Notes: a model not told the origin generated them from the sequence alone. Counted from the first letter of the stretch, positions 44,679 to 55,456 are shown. The stretch: DNA of 64,000 nt from Diplonema japonicum (GCA_964019335.1 OZ025678.1:186001-250000), one strand, 5' to 3'. Program-made: numbers and translations.

Positions 44679-45473
44679 ATGAACATCGACCAATGCGCAA
44701 GCCGGCTGGGGGTGAAGGACCCTAAAGCGGTTAAAAGGGCTAGGAAAATACTCAGAAAGCTCGACGATTACCACAGTAATGTAAAGCTACCTTGCTCTTC
44801 AGCGCGGGATGCTGCTTGTTTGTACATAAGCTGTAAACTCCACGGCGAACCAATGGACACTGGGAGAATAGCTAGATATAGCGGTGCGGGGGAGGGGGAT
44901 TTCATGAAAACGGCCACCGTAATCCAAAATTTAGTAAAAGTGAAGATTCCCGAAATAAAGGTCTCGGACCTATGTGAGCGATACGGAGGGAAGGCGGAGG
45001 GTGCCCCCACAGCGATGTACCTCACTACAGAAGTCACCGATCTCCTGACTCTTTTTCGTTCCAGATGTCCAGGTGCATCCTTGTCAAGCATCCACACCTG
45101 TGCGGCACTCTACCTCATCTGGGTAAGAGATGCTCCTAAAAAACTCACTGAACATATTTCGGAAAAAGAAATGTCACTCCAGTCGCACTCTGATCTTCCC
45201 CGTTTCAAGGACACCTTGGATTTAATAGAAACCACTGTACCAGAGGTCCATGAGTATACCGTGACTGACACGGTGGTAGAGGAGAAGAAGAAAAAAAAGA
45301 AGGATGTCCCCCGAGGCAAACCGAAACGCCGCTTAGAAGAACCGACCGCGACAGCCAGCGAGGCAAAACGACCCCGGAACCTGCCCCCTCTTTTAAAGAC
45401 CCTCCCTGAGCCGGCCGCACCGACTGTACAACCGAAAATCACCGGTTTTCTGAAACCGGAGACTGAGAAATGA
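44679..45473 (+). CDS. ORC6: Origin recognition complex subunit 6
   Basis: N-terminal pattern ASRLGV...KRA..I.R..D...AACL..SC......D.....RYSG.....F......QNLV.V....VSDLC..Y matches plant/animal ORC6 (TFIIB-like repeats) as recalled; length 264 aa is typical. Confidence 0.75.
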   Translation: MNIDQCASRLGVKDPKAVKRARKILRKLDDYHSNVKLPCSSARDAACLYISCKLHGEPMDTGRIARYSGAGEGDFMKTATVIQNLVKVKIPEIKVSDLCERYGGKAEGAPTAMYLTTEVTDLLTLFRSRCPGASLSSIHTCAALYLIWVRDAPKKLTEHISEKEMSLQSHSDLPRFKDTLDLIETTVPEVHEYTVTDTVVEEKKKKKKDVPRGKPKRRLEEPTATASEAKRPRNLPPLLKTLPEPAAPTVQPKITGFLKPETEK

Positions 45474-45688
45474 GAAAGTGTGGGGTCTGATTTTTTTTAT
45501 TTTTATTTTTTTTGTCCCTCCCCTTTAAAAAAAACACAAGAATAATGTACGTATTGTTATCCCAAATAGAATATGTAGTTTGTTTTCCCCCATTTTTCTT
45601 TTTTTTAAAAAAAAATTTAAAAAAAAAAAAAAAAAAAGAAATTCAACAGGGGTGAGCAGCGAACAGCACAAAACACAAACATACCAAT

Positions 45689-47357
45689 ATGTTTTCCTCT
45701 ATAAAAGGAAGCATCCAAGGCGCGGGGAGCAAGGTATTGGGAACCGACGAGGAGCTCAAGGCGTTGAAAAAGGAAAACGCGGAATTGATGAGGATCCTCG
45801 GCGAGGTGAGGCCCGGGATGGGCGCGGAGAGGGTCCGCAAGCTGGTCGAAGAAAAGGCCGCCTTCCACTCCAAACAACGAAGGGCCATGATAGACATAGT
45901 CGACACAACAACAGAAAAGCTCGTCAACGTTATCCACGGAAACTCCTTACTGAACAAGGCAGAGGCCACAATTAAATCCCACTTCTACGACAAGACCGGC
46001 GATACAATCGGAGCACTGGAGAGCAATATTGAGTGGAAAACAAAATGGAAACCATTGGGATCGAAAATGACCTGCCAGCGTCTGAACCCGCCGCAAGAAT
46101 TGACGGTGGAATTCGGTCGCAACATGCGGCTTTTATTCTTCGAGCTCGACGAGAACTTTCTCAACGCTGCGTCGTACGGTGCCACACCAAAACCGGTTTC
46201 CGAGGCGAGAGCACAATGGGATCTCGCAAACCAATTAAACCCGGTGAAATGGAGGTTCACGATGCTCCCTATTCGACTCCGACAAGCGGAACAACGGCTT
46301 TCACTGTACATTGGTTCGGACCCGTCAGACACAAAGATTGTTCTGAATGCGAACGCTGCCACGTCGAGCGTGTTGAAGTCACTTCCATGGGAGGTCGGCG
46401 ACAGAATAATTATTTTCGACATCGACTACGACGCCACAAAAAACGCCTGCGATTGGTTAAAGCGCAACAAGGGCGTTGAAACGATTGAGGTCAAGCTTAC
46501 ACTCCCCATGACCGATGACGAGATCATCGCTACAACGAAAAAATCTCTCGATCAGCTTTCCACCACGAACCCACCCATGCCGGTCCTCGCCAACTTCTGC
46601 CATGTTACATCGAAATCCGCTCGAATCTTCCCTGCAAAACGTCTTACAAAGCTTTTCCACTCTTACGGGATTTCTGTAATGTGCGATGGCGCGCAGGCAG
46701 CGGGGCATCTTGACATCAACGTTGCGGACATTGGTGCCGATTGGTATCTCGGTACAGTTCATAAATGGCTTTACTCCTGTCAAGGTGTTGGGTTTCTGGT
46801 CACACAGCCGCATAAGCAGGCTTGTACATTCCCGTTGACCGTGTCGTACTTTGATGGCCAGGGGTATCAGAAGGAATTTCAGTATTACGGTTTGCAAGAT
46901 TTCTCGACATGGTGCAGTGTATTGGATGCGCTCGACTTCGTCGAAAAAGTTTGCGGTGGGATGGCAAACGTCCGTAAATACTGCCGCGAACAGGCTCAGA
47001 AGTGCGTTGCCATCCTTGCAAAGGAATGGGGCACACAACCTCTTCAAGGTACTCAAGAATATTACGGGAACATGCCCATCATGCCTCTGCCCAAAGCCGA
47101 CAACGCCGACGGGACCATGGCAGGAAAGGTCATGGGTTACCTTATGACCAGGCACAACATCACGGCTTTCCTGCTTGTGGCTGACATCAAGGGTGTCCCT
47201 ACACTTTGTATTCGATGCACGTGCCAGATCTACACTGACGAGAGCGATTGGATTCGTCTGGCACAGGCGATCAGCCAGCTGAACGGAAATTACGGCACGT
47301 TGAAGGTCATTGCTGAATTAGGTATTCTGCCCGACTCTGTTTCTGCCATGATTTCAT

Positions 47358-47359
<2 letters not shown>
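45689..47359 (+). CDS. PLP-dependent class-V aminotransferase-fold enzyme (Egt2/LCD/isopenicillin-N-epimerase-like C-S lyase)
   Basis: FLNAASYGATP, NATS, CHVTS, DGAQAAG, WYLGTVHKW (PLP Lys), IR...QIY; ~140-aa N-terminal extension. Confidence 0.85.
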
Positions 47360-47411
<52 letters not shown>

Positions 47412-48056
47412 CGGCCTTATGTGTGGAAATTTTCTTGTGATGCGTTTTTTTTTTTTAATATATATTTGGGGGAATTTCTAAATAGGGGGGGGGGGATCAA
47501 ATTTGTGCCCTGGTAGACCCAGAGTGTGATGCGGGTTTTTTGCACAAATTTGTTCCCCCCCCCCCTATTTAGAAAAAAATCCACAAAAACAACAATAAGA
47601 AAGAAGAAAATTACTTTTTTTTCTCTCCTTTTTTTTCTTTGGGCCGAGGTGCGCCCCCCTGTAATCAAGTAGACTGTCCCTGCAGTTACTTGTACGCCAG
47701 TGTTTCTCTTCACTCTTAATACACCATTTTTACTTGTTTTTCATTCTTCTTTTTCAAGGGTAAGATGGTGCGATGGTGCTCCGCATTAAAGACACGACGC
47801 GGAATGCAGAAGAAGCTACAGCTAGGCCGAGGTGCGCGTAGACTGCTTGTGCAGGTGCCACCTTTATCTCTTAAATATTCTTTATTTAATTAGGGGTTGT
47901 CCTCAAGTGGGATTTGCCCTTAAGCAAATCCTTTTAGCAACATACGTTCCCGATGACACGGAAAAGAAAGTTACTCAAAAAGTCAGAGATTTTTTAGAGG
48001 CAAGACGTTCTTCTTTTTTTTTTTGTCCCCCCATTCCATTTTTTTCCAACGTGCTT

Positions 48057-48091
<35 letters not shown>

Positions 48092-48224
48092 AAAATATAT
48101 CCCCCCTTTTTCTCCCATATCTTTATTGGGGTAAGTTCTTTTTTTTTTTTCTTTGTTTTTAAAAAAAAAAAAAAAAAAAAACTAAAAGGCACCCAACACA
48201 AAAAAAAAAAAAAAGAAAAAAAAA

Positions 48225-49082
48225 ATGAAAGAGGTAATGTGTGTGGGCCTGGTGTTGATGGTGCTGGTGTACAGGCAGCACATGGCTCAGAAGGAGATTG
48301 ACCGTCAGGTTGGTGAGCTGACAAAGGAAATAGTAATGTTGACCCGGGATTTTGATGAACCGCAAGTGACGCAAGATAAGCCAACACCACCGAATGCGCA
48401 GGAACTCACAAAGGGAGAATCTGTTGATTTTTTCCATCAACCGATTCTGTTCCCGGATGAGAAAAGCTTGGGGAGGGAATTCCAACTCGAGGGCAAACAC
48501 GAAGCAGTCCTAATCGGCCCTGGCGCCAATAAAGTAGCAACGAATCTGGTCAAACAATGGACCATAGCACAGAAAATCTTCGTTAAGGACGCCACCATCT
48601 CCGACGACTTCAGATTACATTTGGGTTCTGAACGTTGGGGTAAAATCCTTATTCACAAGCCCGACCTTGTCCCCTCACAAACCCCAATGCTGGACGTGCT
48701 GTGGTTTAATCTTTACAGCACTAAACCTGTTGAGGCTGCTGGTGCTGCCGGTTCGCAATGGTCGTCTTTTCCTGAAATGGTGTGGATGGGGGAAAAAAAA
48801 AAAAAAAAATGTTCAGATGGAACAAATACGCTACTGGATGCCCAAGGTACGGATAGCCTCGCAATTCATCGTGACTGACTTACATTCTAAGACAGACGAG
48901 CCCGCACTGGCTCAGCTTGTGGTGGCGCAAGTCGAGCGGGAGGTATGATACAGAAGTTTTTTTTTTTTTTTTTTTTTTTTTTTGTAAAAACCCCTCTTTT
49001 CCAGTATGGTCTGTTCAAAGCGGTCTCACAAACCACTGACGGTTACACGGTTTATATGTGGCGGGTGCATAGAATGTTTTGA
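48225..49082 (+). CDS. Signal-anchored protein, possibly a degenerate methyltransferase-like fold; exons 48225-48779, 48817-48942, 49005-49082
   Basis: N-terminal hydrophobic anchor. Two GT-AG introns (48780-48816 with G5-A17; 48943-49004, T-rich) chain three in-phase exons ending ...MWRVHRMF*. Confidence 0.65.
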
Positions 49083-49297
49083 GATCCCCCCCCCCCCCCC
49101 CCCTCTAATTATGGTTCTTCATGTTTAATTAAACCTTAACAAAAAAAAATTGTTTATTTTTTTTTTTCACACACCCATTTTTGATTAATCTTTTAAACAA
49201 ACAAACAACAATTATTATTTTTTTTTTTTAATCCTTAAATTTTTCAATAATAAATACAAAAAGGCAAAAAGAAGAAGAAGAAAAAAAAAATGCACCA

Positions 49298-50866
49298 ATG
49301 CCATTACGGCCAGTAACTCTATATGGCCACAAAAGAGTGCTGCCATACATCAGGACAGGCCACAACGAGGCAAATGTAAGCCATGAATTCAGTCCAAATT
49401 CCCTACCGAGTAAAGCATCTTCCAGCGATGTGACAAAACTAATCTACGATACGTATCTAAAGCCGTACATGGTGGTTAAAGGTGGGTACAAAGTACTTAA
49501 TGTGAAACAAAAACAATATTTAATGTATAGAATAATGCAAGATCTGAAGAAACTAAAAAGCAACGGCTGCACGGTGGGTGTGGCGTGCTATGAGAACACA
49601 GCGAAGTTCCAGTCGTGGTTCGGGAGTGTTAAAGGCGTACAAGATGTGATGTCAATGATGAAAACAGATGCGATAATGCCGACAAAGTGGGTCTTCGATT
49701 CCCTCCTCACTGCACATTCAAAATCAAAAGACATCGAAGGCTGGAAGATTTCTCGAAAACAGATGAGCCGTGCTGGTATCCCTCCAACCACCACAACCTA
49801 CAACAGTGCATTATATTGCAACCAAGCAAGACCTGACATTCGGCAATCTGACGTTGAAAAAAACGCATTTTCGATATACGAAGCTATGATGGCTGATGGT
49901 GTCAAACCAAATTACACAACCCTCCGCGCGTTGCTCGCATCGTGTCGATCTTTTAAAACTGGTTCAAAGGTGGTTCGAATTTTTGAGGAGAAGCATAAAA
50001 TCATAGCGGGTAACACAAATATCTCCCTTCTCAGGGCTTGCCGGTGGAAAGGAGAGCTCACCGAGGCATTCCGTGTTCATAAATCGCTTTTAGAATCCGG
50101 GCACAACACATCAGAAGCCTGGAACGCTTTGGTAATGGTTGCAAAATGCAAGGGGATCAAACCAGTTGAAGAAATTCTGCGAAACATGAGCTTATCTGGA
50201 ATCTCTCCTGGGGTTGTGACATATTCTATAATCATTGAAACAATTGCGATTGCGATTCAGAGCAACAACGTTGAACCGTTTTCAACTGTACAAGAAGCGG
50301 TGAAACGTGCAGAGCTGTACTTTGCTTCAGCAGACGCCAATGGGTTTGGTCTTGAAAGGATGCTTTACGACGCATTGAGCTCTGTCTACACTGTTGCAGG
50401 TGAACGGCAGGCGTTGTACGCTTTGGAAGCAAAGCTCAGCCATGTTAAAATACCTCTCTCGTCTCACTTTGAACAAAATCTCCTCGCCATTGAGTCCCAC
50501 GGTGCGCCGATTATCCGGCAAAAATATTTAGATGAAACCGACGATGGAAATGAACCAGAACCCAGCCCGCCCTCTAATATACCCGTGAAAAAGAGGAACA
50601 AAACTGTTATTCACAAACCGGTGCGGGTTCGGAAGAAAGCCGACAGCCTCACGTCTATGCTGACGGGGCAGGCTTCTGAGACACCAGCTCCTCTGGTTGA
50701 CAGTCGGCCAACGTTGGACAGCGTCTTGTCAAGACACTTCCGGGACTTGGAGGAACCGCGGGTGAAGCCTGTTGATAACATCATTCCGAGCACTGTGCAC
50801 CATGATGAAACGAAAACGAGAACTGAAATGCTTAAGATTTTGACTGAAGCCATACAAAGGGCGTGA
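49298..50866 (+). CDS. Pentatricopeptide repeat (PPR) protein
   Basis: M.RAGIPPTTTTYNSAL, MMADGVKPNYTTLRALL, MSLSGISPGVVTYSIII repeats. Confidence 0.85.
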   Translation: MPLRPVTLYGHKRVLPYIRTGHNEANVSHEFSPNSLPSKASSSDVTKLIYDTYLKPYMVVKGGYKVLNVKQKQYLMYRIMQDLKKLKSNGCTVGVACYENTAKFQSWFGSVKGVQDVMSMMKTDAIMPTKWVFDSLLTAHSKSKDIEGWKISRKQMSRAGIPPTTTTYNSALYCNQARPDIRQSDVEKNAFSIYEAMMADGVKPNYTTLRALLASCRSFKTGSKVVRIFEEKHKIIAGNTNISLLRACRWKGELTEAFRVHKSLLESGHNTSEAWNALVMVAKCKGIKPVEEILRNMSLSGISPGVVTYSIIIETIAIAIQSNNVEPFSTVQEAVKRAELYFASADANGFGLERMLYDALSSVYTVAGERQALYALEAKLSHVKIPLSSHFEQNLLAIESHGAPIIRQKYLDETDDGNEPEPSPPSNIPVKKRNKTVIHKPVRVRKKADSLTSMLTGQASETPAPLVDSRPTLDSVLSRHFRDLEEPRVKPVDNIIPSTVHHDETKTRTEMLKILTEAIQRA

Positions 50867-50867
50867 T

Positions 50868-50907
<40 letters not shown>

Positions 50908-50994
50908 CTCTTGTTTCATTGTTACATCCCTGATATTTAAAAAAAAAAAAAAAAGTGGGGTTTGAGAGGGTGTGGAGAGGGGGGGGTGGTGGGG

Positions 50995-51029
<35 letters not shown>

Positions 51030-51040
51030 AGAAAATAATT

Positions 51041-51511
51041 ATGCCGTTTGAACGGGAAAAAAAGGCCCTGTTCAGCAGGAGGAATTTCAGGGTGTTGTTG
51101 TGCGTGTTAGGCTTCGTGACGCTGTTTCTGTTCTTGGTAGGGTTCGGGGTTGGGATGGACCACGAGGGGAAGTGGAGCATGCTGATGCTGCCGGACGTGA
51201 TGGCGTGCATCCTCTCGGGGCTCGCCCTTACATTGCTTTCGTACACTATAGTAGCTACAGATATAGAGCCCATCATTTTCACAGGGATCCAGTACTTCAC
51301 CCTCCTCTCCATCTTCTCTACCGCCATCGCCATAGGCAAAACCGGTGTTATTACAGCGGGCTGCGAACATCATATATGGTCCGGAAAGGAGTACACCCGC
51401 CACCACTGCGCCGCTACAATACTAGAGTTTTATGTAGGTGTCGCACACGTTCTCTGCATGCTGGGGGTGTCCTACGAAAATATTCAGTACCTTCCAGATG
51501 ATGACTGGTGA
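51041..51511 (+). CDS. Small 4-TM membrane protein (MARVEL-like)
   Basis: 156 aa, four hydrophobic segments, Cys pair in a loop. Confidence 0.7.
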   Translation: MPFEREKKALFSRRNFRVLLCVLGFVTLFLFLVGFGVGMDHEGKWSMLMLPDVMACILSGLALTLLSYTIVATDIEPIIFTGIQYFTLLSIFSTAIAIGKTGVITAGCEHHIWSGKEYTRHHCAATILEFYVGVAHVLCMLGVSYENIQYLPDDDW

Positions 51512-51946
51512 TTGCATGGGGGTGGACGATATTTTATGTTTCGGATTTTATTTTCATACTTTCTTTTTTTTTTTTTTTCTGTCAAATAGAACTTTTCTTT
51601 TTGTTGTGTTTTTTTTTAAGTACGGGAGAAAAAATACGAGGGGGAGAGGGGGAAAAAATAAAGGGGGGGGGAGAGATAGACAGGGAGAAGAGAGGGGGAA
51701 GAAACGGTATTTAAAAAAAAAAAAATGGGGGGGGGGAAAGCCCCTCCCCTTTGTTTTTTTTCCCGCCCCCTCCTCATTCTCTCTCCTTCCCCCTCTTCAT
51801 TCACGCACACAAATTATTTTTTTTTTTGTCTTCTTCTCCCCCTCATATTCTTCCTTTTGTTTCTCCCCCCATTTTTACACGGCGATTGGGCAAAAGGGGA
51901 AAAAAGAAGGAGAAAAAAAAAAAAAAAAAAGAAGAAGAAAAAACCA

Positions 51947-54211
51947 ATGAAACGCCTCCGTACACGACTAGCAGGGGATGTTGGGGATGAAGTGGAATCT
52001 GTTTTGGGAATGGTGTTGCGGCACTGCAGCAAAGGCGAAGGGGATCTGGAAGGCTTGACCAAACAAGTCGACGAGCTGAAGCACGAGGTAGAAGCTATCG
52101 ACAGCGCAGTAGAACGGGCAAAGGAAATGCAAGAGAAAATAGAAGGTTGCTCCAGCATACTGAGAATGTGCAAAGCCTACGACGGTGGCTCGGCGAACAA
52201 AACTGGTTCAAACAGATCCACTGACGCTGCAACGCAAACAGCGAACGATGCATCTGGCAACAAGAGACCTCGAGTTGAAACCGGTGAGAATACAGTACCG
52301 CCCTCTCTCGTGCAAATTACAACACCTCCCATGATGCCTTCACCCGCACCAACTACACCAACAACTACATCTCTTCTAGTTTTTGAACAACCTTCATCAT
52401 CATCTCTGACACTGTCCGAAGGTGAGTTAGTTCGTATTGCGGCAGACCTTATGTTCTCGATCGTTCGTGTGGCGCAGCGGCAGAAACATATTTGCTCGCT
52501 TTCCGAACTTTTTATAGAATGCGACAGGGATTGCGACGGGGGGATTTCGTTCACAGAGCTTCTAGCATGGTTCAAGGAAACCCTCGGGCTAACAATGTCA
52601 GACTGGCAGCTGGACGAGTTCGGCCGGCGGTTGAACTGGAAAAAAGCATGCCAACACCACCCAAAAAGGTTCATCGACGAAAAGGGCTTCTTAACAATAA
52701 TGAAGGGCGTCTGGAAGAAAGTAAAGTGGTACTTCAACAATGCAGTAGTTTATGGTGTATCGGAACGACCTGCTGCTACCCGATCTGACGGCATTACAGA
52801 ACGAAAAGATGATATTCGAGATGTCATCTACAGGTTGATCCACGTGCTGGTAGTGAAGAATTGTCACATCCATACTTTCTTCGCGCTGTTCGATGCGCAA
52901 AGAACGCAGAAGGTCAGTGTCGGTGATTTCGGTGCAGCGTTGTGGGCCATGAAGGAAGAGTTGAAAATCGAGACCCAGGAGAAAGCCTACGATGTTGCAA
53001 AGCAGTTTTGTCAAATCGCGAAGGACCTCTACTCCGGAGAGGAAACCGGTTCATCATCCCCGACCCCCGCGGAAAGCGTTTCATTACTGCGGTTGCAGGA
53101 TCTGGTGAGGGACTTCTTCAGCGATTTGGAAAACCGAATTGAATTCGACGTACTTTCTGCGGAGGTTCGCACGAAATTCATTTTCAGAAACATTTTCTTC
53201 GGTCTCTGCGGGATATTTGAAAACACGTCCGAACTGCAACCGATCGCGAATTTGTTCTATCTCTTCTCGAAGTACAGCGCGAGTAACGGGCTTCTAACAG
53301 CGGAGAACATTCAAAACATGCTGCGACAGGAGTTCTCTGTTCTGTTGACACCGATAGAAATCATGCAGCTGATCAGCATCTCTGATCGTGACAAAGACAG
53401 GCTTCTAAACATGAATGAAATGGTGCAGCTACTCGACCACGCGCACATTGAAATCAACGCCAGAATGAAGGCTCGAATGCCAACAGACTTCCGGCCCACA
53501 GAGACAGACCTCGGCTTCTCTGGCGACATCATCCACACTTTTTCAAAACTCGTCCTGCGTATCCTGCACTCAGAAGAAACCTTTGCCGATTTCTTCAAAA
53601 CTCTTCCGAAATTTCGCCCGAAAGACTTCCTTGGTACAGGAGATGCTTCGCGGTACCCTGACGAGGTCGTCTACGGCTTGAAGCGACTCGGCATCACAGC
53701 CTCAGCAGACATTTTTGAAGGTTGGGGTGGCAGAAAATGTGAAGGATGGACAGGTTTCAGTTGGGGCCCTTCTCGGTCTGTTCTGGACATCGGGCATTTT
53801 CTTCAAGGGGTGTGGTTCGTGTATGTTAAGTACATTGAACCAGCTTTCCAAAACTCGATTAACTGGGAAGCTGAGGCGGCAGGGGTATCAGCGTACGCCG
53901 CAACATCTTTGATGAGGCATTTTAAAATAGTCCCTGCATCCACAACGACCCTCCTTGAGACTCTATGGGGGCATCTTGTGACGACGGCCGAGCAAGAAAC
54001 CATCTCTTCGGAGTCCCTCATACGCTTTGTTGCGATCGCAGTCCGGAAGAACGGCGAACGGCTCCGCGCCCGTGCCACGCTCACCTCCAAGGCTGTGTTG
54101 AAGAACACCGGGCCGGATTACTACTTCGATAAAGAGTTCACTCAATTGCTGCACTTGCTTGGGGTCAAAGGGCAGGTTTCACGTGCCCAGTTGAAAACAA
54201 TTTTTAGGTGA
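51947..54211 (+). CDS. Multi-EF-hand protein with N-terminal coiled coil
   Basis: DRDCDGGISFTEL, DAQRTQKVSVGDF and DRDKDRLLNMNEM loops. Confidence 0.85.
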   Translation: MKRLRTRLAGDVGDEVESVLGMVLRHCSKGEGDLEGLTKQVDELKHEVEAIDSAVERAKEMQEKIEGCSSILRMCKAYDGGSANKTGSNRSTDAATQTANDASGNKRPRVETGENTVPPSLVQITTPPMMPSPAPTTPTTTSLLVFEQPSSSSLTLSEGELVRIAADLMFSIVRVAQRQKHICSLSELFIECDRDCDGGISFTELLAWFKETLGLTMSDWQLDEFGRRLNWKKACQHHPKRFIDEKGFLTIMKGVWKKVKWYFNNAVVYGVSERPAATRSDGITERKDDIRDVIYRLIHVLVVKNCHIHTFFALFDAQRTQKVSVGDFGAALWAMKEELKIETQEKAYDVAKQFCQIAKDLYSGEETGSSSPTPAESVSLLRLQDLVRDFFSDLENRIEFDVLSAEVRTKFIFRNIFFGLCGIFENTSELQPIANLFYLFSKYSASNGLLTAENIQNMLRQEFSVLLTPIEIMQLISISDRDKDRLLNMNEMVQLLDHAHIEINARMKARMPTDFRPTETDLGFSGDIIHTFSKLVLRILHSEETFADFFKTLPKFRPKDFLGTGDASRYPDEVVYGLKRLGITASADIFEGWGGRKCEGWTGFSWGPSRSVLDIGHFLQGVWFVYVKYIEPAFQNSINWEAEAAGVSAYAATSLMRHFKIVPASTTTLLETLWGHLVTTAEQETISSESLIRFVAIAVRKNGERLRARATLTSKAVLKNTGPDYYFDKEFTQLLHLLGVKGQVSRAQLKTIFR

Positions 54212-54739
54212 ATGGACTAGATTGGGGGGGGGGGGGGGGTAAAGGAATGAAGGAAGGAAGTGTTTTTTTTTCTTTACGGGTTCGGTCAGATGTTGTTCTG
54301 TACACTTAAATTTTTTTCTTCTTTTCTTTTTTTAAATTGGCTCCGCGGTTCAGGTTCCATCTACCCTGCCCATCAATGGCCCAATGGCTGTCTAACAAGT
54401 GAAGCCGGCTGAAGGAAACGTATCTTCACATGCAGAACAGTCATCCTACTGCTTCTCCCATGACTCCAATCGGCCTCAAGGCCTTGGAGATTCCAGGCCG
54501 AAGGCAGACCCGTCAATGAAGTGTGTAGGAAAGGGGGGAGGGGGAAGGGATGGGGAGGAAACCTGCACTTTTTTCCCCTGCACAAGTGCGAAACTACACA
54601 AACATAAGTTGGATGGGGAAAGACTAGGAGGGCGCGATTTTCTGTTTATTCTGATGGCGATATTTAGTCATCTGTGGGGGGGGGGGGAAGAAAAAAAAGA
54701 AAAAAAGAATATTACTAAAGGAACTACCACGTTGTTTTT

Positions 54740-54780
54740 TTCAGGCGTCCTGTCACATACCGCAGGTACCCTTAAATGTC
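54740..54780 (+). repeat. SINE-like repeat, shortest copy
   Basis: ttcaggcgtcctgtcacataccgcaggtacccttaaatgtc between T-tracts. Confidence 0.85.
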
Positions 54781-54825
54781 TCTTTTTTTTTTTTATTTCA
54801 CTCTTCGTCATTTTCTTCACTCACT

Positions 54826-55340
54826 AGGGGCCTCATTATTTAACGCGAAATGGCCATTATTTAACGCGAAACGGCCATTATTTAACGCGAAATCGCCATT
54901 ATTAACTAGTTAAATAATGAGATTTTGCAGTTAAATAATGGCCCTTCAGAGTGAAAAAATGGGTCTTGTCGTGGAAAAAAATGCACCCAATCCCCTCGAA
55001 AAAACTTTTTGGGGTGGGGGTATTTAGACTATTTTTGGCCATCTGAGGCCATTCCAGCCCTTAAAAGTGGGAATAAGTGCCTTACTTCCCCTTTAAATGC
55101 CACGGCGAAATAGCTACCCTGTATTACCTTAGGAAAATCCCCAAAAAGCTGACCTGCGTGAAAAAAAACAGCAGTGAAAGCAGTGAAGAGTGAGTGACTC
55201 AAATGACGAAAAGTGAAATAAAACGACTTACTTGCCGCCAAATGAGCCATTATTTAACACTCGTTACCGTTTTTTTGCACGAGGGCCCGCAGGGCCCTCG
55301 TGCAAAAAATTCGGGAACTCGAGTTAAATAATGACTCATT
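54826..55340. repeat. Repeat-rich foldback element: 21-bp tandem units, inverted CATTATTTAAC motifs and a ~100-bp palindrome
   Basis: cattatttaacgcgaaa(tgg/cgg/tcg)c x3 at 54834-54896; inverted copies near 54909 and 54930; perfect 18-bp arms at 55271-55288 / 55292-55309. Confidence 0.8.
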
Positions 55341-55456
55341 ATTTGTTGGCAATAAATAGTTATTTTTTTCTGGGGTAGTACAACCAAAAAAAGTTTTTTT
55401 TAACAGTGAGCACCCCCATGCACACTGAAATTTTATCGAGTTTTTTTTCTGACGTG

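Noticed and set aside
54834-54940. CRISPR-like array
   Set aside because: Tandem 21-bp units without unique spacers, eukaryotic context and no cas genes.
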